Shown here one piece after another: positions 1 to 10,425 of a DNA stretch of 64,000 bases. The notes beneath the pieces are model-generated. The model was not told the origin of the DNA. It did no database searches and saw only the letters and a list, made by a program, of their open reading frames with translations. The DNA comes from Candidatus Obscuribacterales bacterium (GTDB lineage Bacteria > Cyanobacteriota > Vampirovibrionia > Obscuribacterales > Obscuribacteraceae). Location: the NCBI GenBank assembly GCA_965228855.1, contig CBDDIJ010000005.1, forward strand, positions 1,408,001 through 1,472,000, given 5' to 3'. Position numbers and translations under genes: made by a program. Position 1 is the stretch's first letter; every line of letters begins with the position of its first letter.

Positions 1-2479
1 TAATCGCAATCGGCTCCCAGCGAACCTTTGTAAGGCGCTTGACCAAATCAAATTCGTCATCCTCTTCAATCGGAGGCTTGTTCTCCTGCTTGCGCTTTTC
101 GGCTTGCAGCTGCTTGGACATTTGACTGCCGGTGATACCATGACCGAGTCCAGCACCGGTGCTCCCCTGGAATGCTCCACCAAACGGATTTGCCAAACCC
201 ATGTCCGCAAGTTTAGAAAATATGTTCTCGTCCTTTTGTGTCTCAGGTAATTTACCGCCTGGAACCGGATCGAAAGCTATCCATGACCAGTTCGGCATGT
301 ATATTTCAGCCCAGGCGTGACCATCCTTGACTTTGATTTCGTAAAAACCAGTTCGCTGATTGTACTTTCCAGGCAAATATCCACCAACCAGACGTGCCGG
401 AATTCCCGCGGCCCGAGCCATTATTACGAAACTGGAAGCATAGTCGACACAATTGCCCTCCTTGGTTTTAAACAAGAAGTTGTCCACGAAATCGCCGCCC
501 TTGACTCGATAAATATTTTTGCTCTTGTACTTGAATGCCTTCTTGTTATGCAGATATTCGGAAATTCTTTGGGCTTTGACAAACCAATTTCCCTCACCGG
601 CAATCTTTTTTGCTTTTGATTTTACGCGTGCAGGTAACTCATCCGGCAATTGCAAATACTTGTCCATAAGCGCTTGCTCTGCGGCTTGCATTTCAATCAC
701 AGGCGGCAGTAATAATGACGTTTTAAAATCGGAATGCGTCTTAATGGGCTGAGAAGTTAATGCTCCAAGGCGATACACAGGAACATAAGACAGCGCGAAA
801 TAAGTCATGCCTGGCTCGATCTTGACGTCCGGTTTTAACGTTCCATCCGATTGAACAGCTACAGTATTAAATGGACCTTCTATTTGTTGAGGTGACCACA
901 TTGCCGGCAGCGTGCCGCTTGTGAGAGGCCGATCGACGGTGATGTGCTGCGGCACTTCCACGATGGGGCAATTTCGTGGGACGCCGAATACATTGGCGTT
1001 TCCAACCGGAAATTGGTTTTCCAACAAAGAGAACTCGACTTCCTTAAGCTGTTCTGCACGCGACCAGCTCGTACCATCATACGTGTCGAAACTCACCCTG
1101 CGCAAATATCCCGGTCGAGGGGTCGTCCAACGAAGAACGACATCTTCCGTAGCTTCACTCTGAGGCAAAACGTTTTGCGGCTCATCATTTTTAGAGCTCA
1201 CTCCCTCCTTGTACGGCGCCGCTTGACCGGAGGTACCGCCGCCGACGCCCCGCGGAGCCTTGCCTGCAGTGCGCTTATCCAGGGGATTTACAGATTGACT
1301 GGGGTTTCCCTGACCGCCAGGTCCGCCGCTGCCACCTTTGCCGACGGTTCCGCCCACGCCACCACTGGCAGTACCGCCAGAGCCACGCTTGGTCGGTTTA
1401 GAACCGGTACCTGCACCGGCTGAATATCCCCTTGAACGGTCAGATTGAGACACCGCGACATAAGGTCTGATTCCATTTTCTAAAATCCAGTTGATCAACG
1501 ATGAAGATCTCGGCATGAAGAAAAACATCAGCATAGTCAAAAGCGGAAGACTGAGCACAGGAATCAAAATAATTGATGTAGCAGCACGAGCCTGTCTGCG
1601 ACTGGGTTTAGGCAGCGAGGCGGGACGCCCCTCTCCTATCGGTCGAGAGGGACCGACGTCACGACTGCGCGAAACACCGTCGAAATATAAGATGAGAGAC
1701 ACACTGGTTATGTAGCCCAAGATGCAGATGAAAAACAGCAGATCGTTAGCCGCTCCGGACGTGCAAACCAACAAGCCAAGCCCGATTAGAGCGTTGATGC
1801 TGAAGTCAGCTCTCGTTCGCAAATCAAAGCAGTGCAGCGCAAGTAGCCCTGCCAGAACCTGCGTGAAGGTCGATAAGAAATTGATCTGACCGAGATTCAA
1901 CTGCGCAAAGCAAACATTGACCATGTAGGCGAGCAACAGGAAAGCGCCGATCGTTGGGAAAATTCCGACCCAACCTGGTCTTTTGGCTCTATAGATGTAA
2001 GACAGCAAAGTGCCTATCATCGCAAGCCACATGAGCAGGAAGCCTGCTAGCGGAGGCATCTCCACGTACACGGTCGCACCTGTGATCAGTAAGATGACCA
2101 TCATTACAGTAGCCAACCGCAGCGGAATTGAATCCTCTGGACGCACCGGAGCAGAATTTTTCGCTGACATTCCACGCCGGTCCTCAGGTTTCATTTTGGC
2201 GGCGGCCTTTGCGTTCTCAGCAGCCTTGGTGTCGGCCTGCGTCGGTCTCAAACCACTAGCTGGAGCGCGATTGGGCGTCGGTGGCACCTTCGCGATCACG
2301 GTTTTCTCATAGGCCGGATCCACGTCATCACTAGCGTAGGGCTGCGGTGACTGAGCGGGCGAACTACCAGTAACATCGCCAAATACAGGACTCTCCGTTC
2401 CTGAGAGCGAATCGCCGGACGAAGACGCAGGCACACCGCCTGGCTTCTTAATCTCTTCTCTGTCCTGATTGTCCGTCAT
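1..2479 (-). CDS. Membrane transglutaminase-like (TgpA/DUF3488-type) protein, 3' end runs off the window
   Basis: Absent from the ORF track because it has no stop in the window. ATG at 2479 overlaps the DUF58 stop (ATGA). The same frame gives the catalytic motifs GNCVDY and DGHAWAEIY..W.AFDP, N-terminal TM helices and a Gly-rich insert near 1200-1430. Confidence 0.88.
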   Translation of the reverse strand, partial: MTDNQDREEIKKPGGVPASSSGDSLSGTESPVFGDVTGSSPAQSPQPYASDDVDPAYEKTVIAKVPPTPNRAPASGLRPTQADTKAAENAKAAAKMKPEDRRGMSAKNSAPVRPEDSIPLRLATVMMVILLITGATVYVEMPPLAGFLLMWLAMIGTLLSYIYRAKRPGWVGIFPTIGAFLLLAYMVNVCFAQLNLGQINFLSTFTQVLAGLLALHCFDLRTRADFSINALIGLGLLVCTSGAANDLLFFICILGYITSVSLILYFDGVSRSRDVGPSRPIGEGRPASLPKPSRRQARAATSIILIPVLSLPLLTMLMFFFMPRSSSLINWILENGIRPYVAVSQSDRSRGYSAGAGTGSKPTKRGSGGTASGGVGGTVGKGGSGGPGGQGNPSQSVNPLDKRTAGKAPRGVGGGTSGQAAPYKEGVSSKNDEPQNVLPQSEATEDVVLRWTTPRPGYLRRVSFDTYDGTSWSRAEQLKEVEFSLLENQFPVGNANVFGVPRNCPIVEVPQHITVDRPLTSGTLPAMWSPQQIEGPFNTVAVQSDGTLKPDVKIEPGMTYFALSYVPVYRLGALTSQPIKTHSDFKTSLLLPPVIEMQAAEQALMDKYLQLPDELPARVKSKAKKIAGEGNWFVKAQRISEYLHNKKAFKYKSKNIYRVKGGDFVDNFLFKTKEGNCVDYASSFVIMARAAGIPARLVGGYLPGKYNQRTGFYEIKVKDGHAWAEIYMPNWSWIAFDPVPGGKLPETQKDENIFSKLADMGLANPFGGAFQGSTGAGLGHGITGSQMSKQLQAEKRKQENKPPIEEDDEFDLVKRLTKVRWEPIAI

Positions 2480-3900
2480 ACGCGAGCGATATCTTCAAAC
2501 CTTTCAACAGTAGCGAGAATACGACCGAGGCTGGGTACGGATTTGACACCCCGTCGTTCCGAGAAACCGGCGGATGCGGGCAGCCCTTCTTTTCGTTGCC
2601 ACGATTCCGCTTTCTCGGCAGCGGAAGATGGCTCTTTGAAGGCGCGGGACATAACCCACATCTCGACTGTTTCCTTCACAAGAGGTGCGATTTCTGATGT
2701 CTCTTGAGCAGGGCGAATAGCCAGCAGAGCCAGTTTGTTGTCCCCGCCAAAGTCAGGTATTGAAGCTTCGAAGGTCGGTGCAACCTGCAAGGCCTCTACT
2801 CGAGCCAGAATTTGAGCCCATCTAGCAATGCCGGGCGGCGTGGGAGGAACATCCTTCAAACAAAGCGGCAATAGATCTACTCGCTCATGCGGGTCAGGAA
2901 TCACGTACAACTCAGGCGCACCGCCCATTCTGAAGCCCAGGTTCAACAAAGAATTTGCAAGTGAAACAGCCAGCTCGAATTGCTCTTCATTCTGCCAGGG
3001 CGACAAGAGGTCGATGAGGACGTCGTATCCCGGTAAGCCCTCTGATTCGAACTCCCGCACAAGTAACTTTCCGCTCTTGGCGGAAGATGCCCAGTGAATC
3101 ATCCTGGGGCTGTCGCCGGTTACAAACTCGCGAAGAGCGCGAACTGACGACGACGGCATCGCCGAGGTGGAGCGGGTTGCGGAGAACATCAGGGCGCTGG
3201 TTCCGGCTGCGCGTAAGCGCCAGAGGAAGTTCCCCTCGACGCCCAGCGTCCTTGCATAGACAGTCACTACCGGGTTGGACACATTCACTGTTTCGGTAAT
3301 GTCGTAGCTCTTCGACCACCACGCCAATCCAAACGGAAAGCATGAATAGGTTTCCAGCTCTTCGAGCCGATAGACTCCCCGCTCGAGAGGTGGGCTCTGA
3401 GCCACAACCCAAGCTTCATTCACGACGGTGTCGACAGTGATCGGACGAAGAACACTTTCTTCTTCACGCATGCCAACCAGTTTCGTGCGCACAACAATCC
3501 ACTTGATAGGAAGATATTTCGCCCATTTGGACTTACCGCTTTTCCGCATTAGCCGCACGCGAACTTTCAAGCGGTCGCCGGCAACAGCGTCGGGAGGAAT
3601 CGAGCAAGACGTGTCCAGATCAACCAACTGACTGAGCGGCAAAAGCACTCCTAACACGACCGCCGCGACACCCCCTGAGGCAATGAGGTACAGCCAGTCT
3701 TTGCCAGTTTCGATGGCCATGAAGTAAAGCAAGGCGACGACGCCAACCAGATACCAGAAGCGCGGCTCTAGAATCAGCGTGTAACCGCCGCCAGAAGGAA
3801 CTCGCGTTCCCTTCAGGTTAAACTCCGTTGCCAGTTTAGGCGGCGGAAATTTAGACTGGTACGGGGACTTCTTCGAGGACTCTCTCAATAAGCTCAGCAT
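2476..3900 (-). CDS. DUF58 family protein
   Basis: Motifs FPFGL and LREFVTGDSPRMIHWASSAKSGKLLVREFE; lies between MoxR and transglutaminase; start uncertain. Confidence 0.9.
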   Translation of the reverse strand: MLSLLRESSKKSPYQSKFPPPKLATEFNLKGTRVPSGGGYTLILEPRFWYLVGVVALLYFMAIETGKDWLYLIASGGVAAVVLGVLLPLSQLVDLDTSCSIPPDAVAGDRLKVRVRLMRKSGKSKWAKYLPIKWIVVRTKLVGMREEESVLRPITVDTVVNEAWVVAQSPPLERGVYRLEELETYSCFPFGLAWWSKSYDITETVNVSNPVVTVYARTLGVEGNFLWRLRAAGTSALMFSATRSTSAMPSSSVRALREFVTGDSPRMIHWASSAKSGKLLVREFESEGLPGYDVLIDLLSPWQNEEQFELAVSLANSLLNLGFRMGGAPELYVIPDPHERVDLLPLCLKDVPPTPPGIARWAQILARVEALQVAPTFEASIPDFGGDNKLALLAIRPAQETSEIAPLVKETVEMWVMSRAFKEPSSAAEKAESWQRKEGLPASAGFSERRGVKSVPSLGRILATVERFEDIARV

Positions 3901-4891
3901 GGCTAACGCGGCTCTCTCTCACTTTTGGAATTACACGATGACCTAAAACATATGGAGCCAGAAGTTTGACGTCGTCAGGCTTGACGAAGTCTCGTCCATC
4001 TACGAAGGCTGATGCTTGTGCAGCACGCATAAGCAACTGACTTCCTCGTGGGCTCACGCCCAGGACTATGCCGGGATGCTTGCGCGTCGCATTGACGATC
4101 GAAACAATGTAATTTTTGATCGAAGGATCGACGAACACCGCTTTGACAGCCTGTCTCGCCTCAAGCACTTCGCTCTCGGTCAAAACCGCGTCAACTTCAA
4201 ACGCTCGATCCTCCAGCGTCTTATCGAGGATCTCGACCTCCTGGTGCGGCTTCGGATAGCCGAGCGACAGCGAAATCATGAAGCGGTCGAGCTGCGCCTC
4301 CGGCAAGGGAAACGTACCGTGATATTCAATCGGGTTCTCGGTCGCGATCACGAAGAACAATTCGGGCAACTTTCGCGTGGCACCATCAGTGGTGACCTGG
4401 TGCTCTTCCATAGCCTCTAGAAGTGCGGATTGAGTACGGGGCGTAGCGCGGTTGATTTCGTCCGCGAGAAGAATATTAGTGAAAATCGGCCCGGGTACGA
4501 ATTTGAAAACACCCTCTTTCTGCTCGAATACGCTGACTCCGCAAACGTCGGACGGCAGAAGGTCAGGAGTACACTGAATCCGCTTGAACTTGGCGTGAAC
4601 AGACATCGCCAGAGACTTGGCGAGAAGGGTTTTACCAACGCCGGGAACATCCTCGATCAAGGCATGACCACCGGAGAGTAAGCAAATTACCGACAGCCGA
4701 GCCGCCTGCATTTGACCGATTAGAACGCTGTTGACATTGTCCAGTAGCCGTTTAGCTTTTGGCGCAAGGGCTTCGATCCCGGTGGTCTCGGGGAAGTCAT
4801 CCCCTTCGAGTCGCGAAGACTCCTCTTCGCCTTCCTCGTCACCAACGTCGGATTCGTAGATTTCGTCCCGTTCGTCTTCGTCAGTTCTCAC
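3851..4891 (-). CDS. moxR: MoxR family AAA+ ATPase
   Basis: Walker A DVPGVGKT, RIQCTPDLLPSD, LLADEINRATPRTQSALLEAMEE, LPEAQLDRF. Confidence 0.95.
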   Translation of the reverse strand: MRTDEDERDEIYESDVGDEEGEEESSRLEGDDFPETTGIEALAPKAKRLLDNVNSVLIGQMQAARLSVICLLSGGHALIEDVPGVGKTLLAKSLAMSVHAKFKRIQCTPDLLPSDVCGVSVFEQKEGVFKFVPGPIFTNILLADEINRATPRTQSALLEAMEEHQVTTDGATRKLPELFFVIATENPIEYHGTFPLPEAQLDRFMISLSLGYPKPHQEVEILDKTLEDRAFEVDAVLTESEVLEARQAVKAVFVDPSIKNYIVSIVNATRKHPGIVLGVSPRGSQLLMRAAQASAFVDGRDFVKPDDVKLLAPYVLGHRVIPKVRESRVSHAELIERVLEEVPVPV

Positions 4892-5116
4892 AAATGCCTC
4901 CAGACTTCTGATTCAAAATGATTGCGATATTTATCAGCCCGTCCCACTCGATCACACGGGCGATTACACGATGCCGTGCCCCCACAGGTCATGTACCCGG
5001 AAACACGCGTGTTAAACTAAATAGATCTTTCTATCGGCCGCTTCACAACCGGCTCCGACAGTTCGTCACCGGCGTTCGCCGGTGCTCATCATCCCTCCAG
5101 ATTTCAGGTAATCGAC

Positions 5117-6049
5117 ATGCTGACTTTCCAGCAAGCAATTCAGACATTGAATCAGTTTTGGGACAAACGTGGCTGCATCGTCATGCAAGCTTATGACACC
5201 GAGAAAGGCGCCTCAACGATGAACCCTGGGACTTTTCTGAGGGTCATCGGTCCCGAGCCCTGGAACATGGCAGTTACAGACCCATGCCGTCGCCCGACGG
5301 ACGGTCGATATGGCGAAAACCCAAACCGCTTGCAGCACTACTTCCAATACCAGGTTATTCTGAAGCCCTCTCCTGATGATGTCCAAGACATCTACCTCGA
5401 CAGCCTGCGGGCACTGGGCGTCAATCCGCTCGAACACGATGTTCGTTTCGTTGAAGATAACTGGGCATCACCAACACTCGATGCCTGGGGCGTCGGCTGG
5501 GAAGTGTGGCTGGATGGGCTGGAAATCACTCAATTCACATACTTCCAGCAAGCAGGCGGTCTGGAAGTGAAACCAGTTGCAGCTGAAATTACATACGGCT
5601 TGGAACGATTGTGCATGTACTTGCAAAACGTTGATAACGTCTACGATTTGCAATGGAACGACACCGTAAAATATGGTGAGCTTTATCTGCAAAACGAGAT
5701 CGAACAATCAAAATACAATTTCGAAGAAAGCGATCCCGCCTACATCACCGGATTGTTCGAGCAAGCGCAAGAACAAGCACAAAAGCTCATCGACAAAAAA
5801 CTCGTCATGCCTGCTTACGAGCAAGTACTCAAATGCTCCCACAACTTCAACTTGATGGATGCACGTGGGATTCTTGGCAGAGATGAGCGCATGCAGAACA
5901 TCCTAAAGATCAGGAAGCTGGCACTGCAAGTCGCCCTTGCCTACCTGCATCAGCGCATCGAAATGCGATTCCCGCTGCTTCCGGAAGATCAACGCGACGA
6001 GCAAGTCCGAATTTACAGCGAACGCTTTTTGAATACTAGCAAGAAATAG
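5117..6049 (+). CDS. glyQ: Glycine--tRNA ligase alpha subunit
   Basis: [51 protein letters not shown]. glyS is not in this window. Confidence 0.97.
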   Translation: MLTFQQAIQTLNQFWDKRGCIVMQAYDTEKGASTMNPGTFLRVIGPEPWNMAVTDPCRRPTDGRYGENPNRLQHYFQYQVILKPSPDDVQDIYLDSLRALGVNPLEHDVRFVEDNWASPTLDAWGVGWEVWLDGLEITQFTYFQQAGGLEVKPVAAEITYGLERLCMYLQNVDNVYDLQWNDTVKYGELYLQNEIEQSKYNFEESDPAYITGLFEQAQEQAQKLIDKKLVMPAYEQVLKCSHNFNLMDARGILGRDERMQNILKIRKLALQVALAYLHQRIEMRFPLLPEDQRDEQVRIYSERFLNTSKK

Positions 6050-6545
6050 ACTGACGCCACCATTGGCGATACCAGATATCGACTGGAGTCCGAAATCGCA
6101 CAGAAACCGTCGAGTTCGGTTTCAACCATATTGCGACATCAAGTCTAAAAATGTGTTTCAATCATATGCAATGAGCTGCCGACTGGAAACAGAGCGGTGA
6201 TTCCAGCTGGTGGCGTGCGTCACCATAACCCCTTGCTGCCTGCCTTGTATCTCCACAACAACTGAAAGACCTTGCAAGATTCGAACAAAACTTTCGGCGC
6301 AAGGTTGATCGCCGAGAAAGCGCATCAGCCATGCCTTTTATATGCATTAGACACACGGGTTGCTACGCGGAAATTTTAACCAAAGCACCTTTTTCGTAGC
6401 TAGAACGGTTTGAAAGCTCCTGCCCTAGTGGTTTTTCATAAAAATTACTGGGGTAAAACCGATTTGTTTTTAGATCAGAATGGGTACATAATTCTTACAG
6501 GATTTTATCCTTCGTTCTCTCTCCAGAAACCCGAGGTATCCTCAA

Positions 6546-8429
6546 TTGGCAGACCACAGCTTGCTTTCCGCAGGAAAGCTGCTTTTGTTACCAGCACTGA
6601 GCCTTGCTTTGCTCGGAGGATTCCAGATCGAGAATTCCGAGGCCGCCATGATGGGCGGGGCTTCGCAGCGCTTCGCAAAGGCATATCGGACGCCGAAAGC
6701 GCACACGTCAAAAGCTTCGAAGGTTAACCGACCGATTACTAAATTGAGCCGCTCCCCGAAAAGCCTATCGACTGCCGCAGCTCAGAAAAGAGGAGCGGGC
6801 GCATCAAAGAGTAAGAGTAATCACTCGAAAAAGGTAGCGCACGCAGCGCCCAAGCACGTGGCTCCCAGAGTGTTACAACCTCAGAATTACATCGATAAAC
6901 TCAACAAGCTTACTCTCAAGCCCGGCGTTGTATACAAGAATTACAAGGGCGGTTTGAACCTTAATATCGTTGAAGTAGACATGCGAAGGGCCGACGTCAA
7001 AGTGCGTCCATTTCTTGCAAGTGAAACATTCGACAAATTGAAAAATGTCGAACAACATGCAAAAGAAAGCGGAGCGCTGGTGGCCGTAAACGCAAATTAT
7101 TTCAAGAAAGACGGCACCCCCCTGGGCACTATAAAGGTCGATGACGAGTGGGTTTCCGGCTCCCTCTTCAACAGAGTGGCGATGGGAATCACCAAAGATA
7201 ATGATCTGAAATTCGCACGCGTTAACTTGCACGGAATTCTAGAGACATCAAATCCAAACGTGCCGCGCCTCTGGGTGAATAACATGAATCAACCGCGTCG
7301 CTCAGGCGTTCGGCTGATCATGTATACGCGACGTTGGGGCAACAGCGTCTCCCTGCCGTACGAAGGCAAGCTCGTTGCAGTAAGCAGCAAAGGCGAAGTG
7401 CTGGACACCAATGCCCGCTCGCTTGCCATCCCTTACGGCGGCTATGTTCTCACAGACAAAAAAGAGTCCGAACTCGCTCATCTGCGCAGGGGAGACTTCG
7501 TAAACCTCGACTGGGAAACGGATCCTAAAGGCTGGAACCAGGTCACGCATGCTGTAAGCGGCGGTCCGACCCTTATCAAAGGCGGACAACTCTTTGTAGG
7601 TTTGAAGGATGAAAAATTCAAAGGTAATTGGACAAGCGCAAAAATAACGAGACGAACCGCATGTGGTGTCACTGCTGACCGCAGACTCATTCTAATTACA
7701 GTTGAAGGACCTCATACGCTCTGGGATCTTGCAAAAACCATGCAACAACTCGGCTGCGTCGAAGCAATGAATCTGGACGGCGGCGGTTCCACAACCATGG
7801 TAGTCGCGGGCAACACCGTCACGGGTAACGACACTGCCGAACAGCGCAAAGTCGCCGCCACCATCTGCGTGATGGAGCCGGAAGTCGCTCAGAAACATGA
7901 GCGCCGACCTGATCTCAGCTATCAGCCCAGCACCAATCTCACAGACTTCAACATCGGAACAGATTTTCTCTCACAAATTCCGATGATGAATGGATCAATT
8001 CAGGCCCGCCGCCAACAAAGAGAATTGGCGGAATTGACGCTCGCGGGAGACGGTCAGGGCAAATTCCTCGGTCCGGATCAGGGATTGCTACCCGCCGGCT
8101 CGATTGACGAGAACGGCGTGGTTGCGAAAATCGATGCGAGCGATTCAGTTATCGATATCGACAACGACCTGGTGAGCGAGCCAAGTGAGAATCACAAAAT
8201 ATCTAAGGCGGCAAAGCACAAACCCGAAGTCGAGCAGACCAAGTTAAATTCCAAACGCCACAAAAAAGCTGTTCCGGTAAGAGACCTGGAAGCGCTGGAA
8301 AAGGCTGAAGTGCCACAAGTGAAAGCAAGCGCAGCGGCTTCCACCATTCATCAAAAAGTTGCACCGGCTTCGAACTCCAACTGGTCGGACAAACTGTTCA
8401 AGCCATTCAAATTCGGCAGAAGAAGCTAA
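6546..8429 (+). CDS. Secreted phosphodiester glycosidase (NAGPA/DUF2233) family protein
   Basis: Signal peptide, basic low-complexity N-terminus, AVNANYF, AVSGGP, RTACG, AMNLDGGGSTTM. Confidence 0.85.
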   Translation: MADHSLLSAGKLLLLPALSLALLGGFQIENSEAAMMGGASQRFAKAYRTPKAHTSKASKVNRPITKLSRSPKSLSTAAAQKRGAGASKSKSNHSKKVAHAAPKHVAPRVLQPQNYIDKLNKLTLKPGVVYKNYKGGLNLNIVEVDMRRADVKVRPFLASETFDKLKNVEQHAKESGALVAVNANYFKKDGTPLGTIKVDDEWVSGSLFNRVAMGITKDNDLKFARVNLHGILETSNPNVPRLWVNNMNQPRRSGVRLIMYTRRWGNSVSLPYEGKLVAVSSKGEVLDTNARSLAIPYGGYVLTDKKESELAHLRRGDFVNLDWETDPKGWNQVTHAVSGGPTLIKGGQLFVGLKDEKFKGNWTSAKITRRTACGVTADRRLILITVEGPHTLWDLAKTMQQLGCVEAMNLDGGGSTTMVVAGNTVTGNDTAEQRKVAATICVMEPEVAQKHERRPDLSYQPSTNLTDFNIGTDFLSQIPMMNGSIQARRQQRELAELTLAGDGQGKFLGPDQGLLPAGSIDENGVVAKIDASDSVIDIDNDLVSEPSENHKISKAAKHKPEVEQTKLNSKRHKKAVPVRDLEALEKAEVPQVKASAAASTIHQKVAPASNSNWSDKLFKPFKFGRRS

Positions 8430-8603
8430 GTCCTTAAGCTGAAGAAGAATTAGGTGTTCGGTCGATAGTTCTCTGCTAATCTTGTGCAGATCTGACCGGA
8501 CGGCATCTTAACGGATCGCTCGGTCGATTTTGGAATCAGAGAGAACTGCAAGAGCAGTGCGACGAAAGTCGTTAGCGCAGGCGGTTTCACGCAGGAGCGA
8601 CAG

Positions 8604-9575
8604 ATGGGCGACAGCTACGCGATCGGCATTGATTTTGGCGGAACCAAAGTGTTGGCAGGCGTTGTCAACACGAAAACAGGCGAGCTGGTTGCAACCAGCA
8701 AGAAGAAGACAAAGCAAGCGAGCGAGCAGCAACAGCTATTGCGGAAACTGACAATCGTTATCGAAGAAGCTGTTGAACAAGCCGGCATCAACTTCGATAA
8801 GATAAAGTCGATCGGCATAGGCGTCGCCGGCATGGTCGACAGAGAACGCGGCATCCTGCTGTCCGGTGTTAACATTGGTGCCAGCAATCTCAAAATAGCA
8901 GAACCGCTCATCGATCACTACGGCATACCTGTTAAGCTCGGCAATGACGTGGAAGTTGCCACGCTGGGAGAGATGCACTTCGGCGCAGGAAAAAAATGCA
9001 ATAACTTGATCTGCGTTTTTGTCGGCACCGGTATCGGAAGTGGTATCGTGCATGATGGCGCGATTTACCACGGACATACTGGGACAGCCGGCGAAATAGG
9101 GCACACCATCTTATTTCCTGATGGACGTCTCTGTAACTGCGGAGGTCATGGCTGCCTGGAAGCCTATGCTTCGCGCATGGCGATAGCGAGGCAAGTAGTC
9201 GCCGGTATTAAGCGAGGCGTTGACACGTCGGTTGCCGGTGAAATAGACGAGAACAAGGGACTGTTGCGTTCGCGCACATTGTCACAGGCCGTAGTTGATG
9301 GCGATAACCTGGTTACTCGTTCCGTCATTCACGCGGCCAAATTTCTCGGCGTCGGACTCGCGTCCGTGGTCAATTTCTACAATCCGGAAAGGATAATTCT
9401 GGGCGGCGGTCTGGTAGAAGAAGTCGGTCTGTATTTTGATGTCGCGGTCGAAGAACTGCAGCATCGAGCACTGCCAATTCCGGGCGCGGCAATCAATGTG
9501 AAAAAAGCAAAACTGGGAGACTTTGCCGGTATCATCGGCGCCGCCATGCTTGCACAAAATTCAAGTGATAACTAG
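8604..9575 (+). CDS. ROK family sugar kinase (glucokinase-like)
   Basis: GIDFGGTK, GTGIGSG, AGEIGH, CNCGGHGCLEAYAS. Confidence 0.93.
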   Translation: MGDSYAIGIDFGGTKVLAGVVNTKTGELVATSKKKTKQASEQQQLLRKLTIVIEEAVEQAGINFDKIKSIGIGVAGMVDRERGILLSGVNIGASNLKIAEPLIDHYGIPVKLGNDVEVATLGEMHFGAGKKCNNLICVFVGTGIGSGIVHDGAIYHGHTGTAGEIGHTILFPDGRLCNCGGHGCLEAYASRMAIARQVVAGIKRGVDTSVAGEIDENKGLLRSRTLSQAVVDGDNLVTRSVIHAAKFLGVGLASVVNFYNPERIILGGGLVEEVGLYFDVAVEELQHRALPIPGAAINVKKAKLGDFAGIIGAAMLAQNSSDN

Positions 9576-10402
9576 GATGTTCGTTGATAGACCTTAAAGG
9601 GTTTGGAGAGCTGCTTATATGCACCGCGGGCGGTACTGCGAGGCAGAGACTCTTTTTCCCCCAGCACAAGATAACCGCCGGATACTAAACTTCCCTCGAT
9701 TAGCTTGTGAACCTTTTCTTGGAGGTCTTGATTGAAGTAAATGAGAACGTTTCGACAAAAGACAAGCGAAAATTCGTTGAACGAAGTGTCAATGGCAAGA
9801 TTATGGTGCGCAAATACGATGTTGCGTTTCAATTTATCTGTTAACAATACTCGATCATAAGCACTCGTGTAATAGGATGAAAACTCCTCCGAACCACCAC
9901 TTTCCAGATAGTTCACGATATAGTCTGTCATCAACCTGATTGGAAAAACACCTGTGCGAGCCTTATTTAAAGACTCCTCGTTTATATCGGTCGCGTAAAT
10001 CCGCGAGCGATCGTACAGCCCCGCTTCAGTAAGAAGGATCGCAAGCGAATATACCTCCTCACCCGTTGAACACCCAGCGGACCATACCCTCAAAAGGGGC
10101 ACATCAGCAAGCTGCGGCAAAACTTGCTCACGCAAAAACTTGAATACCTCAGGATCTCGAAACATCGCAGTTGTAGGAACGGACAGTGATTCTACAAACA
10201 TAGTCTCGAAAGATTTTTGAGTCAGCAACTTGTTCCAGAGCTGGCGCAACGAGGTAAAGCCTTCAGTCTCAATGATCCGAGCAATCCGACGTTTGACAGA
10301 GCTCACAGAATATTGCGAAAAGTCATATCCGGTACGCGAGAAAACATCAGCAAGAAATTCCTGCAGTTCTTCATCGTTGAAATCATCACCAGAGAATCCC
10401 AT
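9572..10402 (-). CDS. cheR: CheR-type protein-glutamate O-methyltransferase
   Basis: MFRDP, RVWSAGCSTGEEVYSLAI, IYATDI, FCRNVLIYF. Confidence 0.93.
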   Translation of the reverse strand: MGFSGDDFNDEELQEFLADVFSRTGYDFSQYSVSSVKRRIARIIETEGFTSLRQLWNKLLTQKSFETMFVESLSVPTTAMFRDPEVFKFLREQVLPQLADVPLLRVWSAGCSTGEEVYSLAILLTEAGLYDRSRIYATDINEESLNKARTGVFPIRLMTDYIVNYLESGGSEEFSSYYTSAYDRVLLTDKLKRNIVFAHHNLAIDTSFNEFSLVFCRNVLIYFNQDLQEKVHKLIEGSLVSGGYLVLGEKESLPRSTARGAYKQLSKPFKVYQRTS

Positions 10403-10425
10403 ACTTCCCTTTATGGATTCCGAGC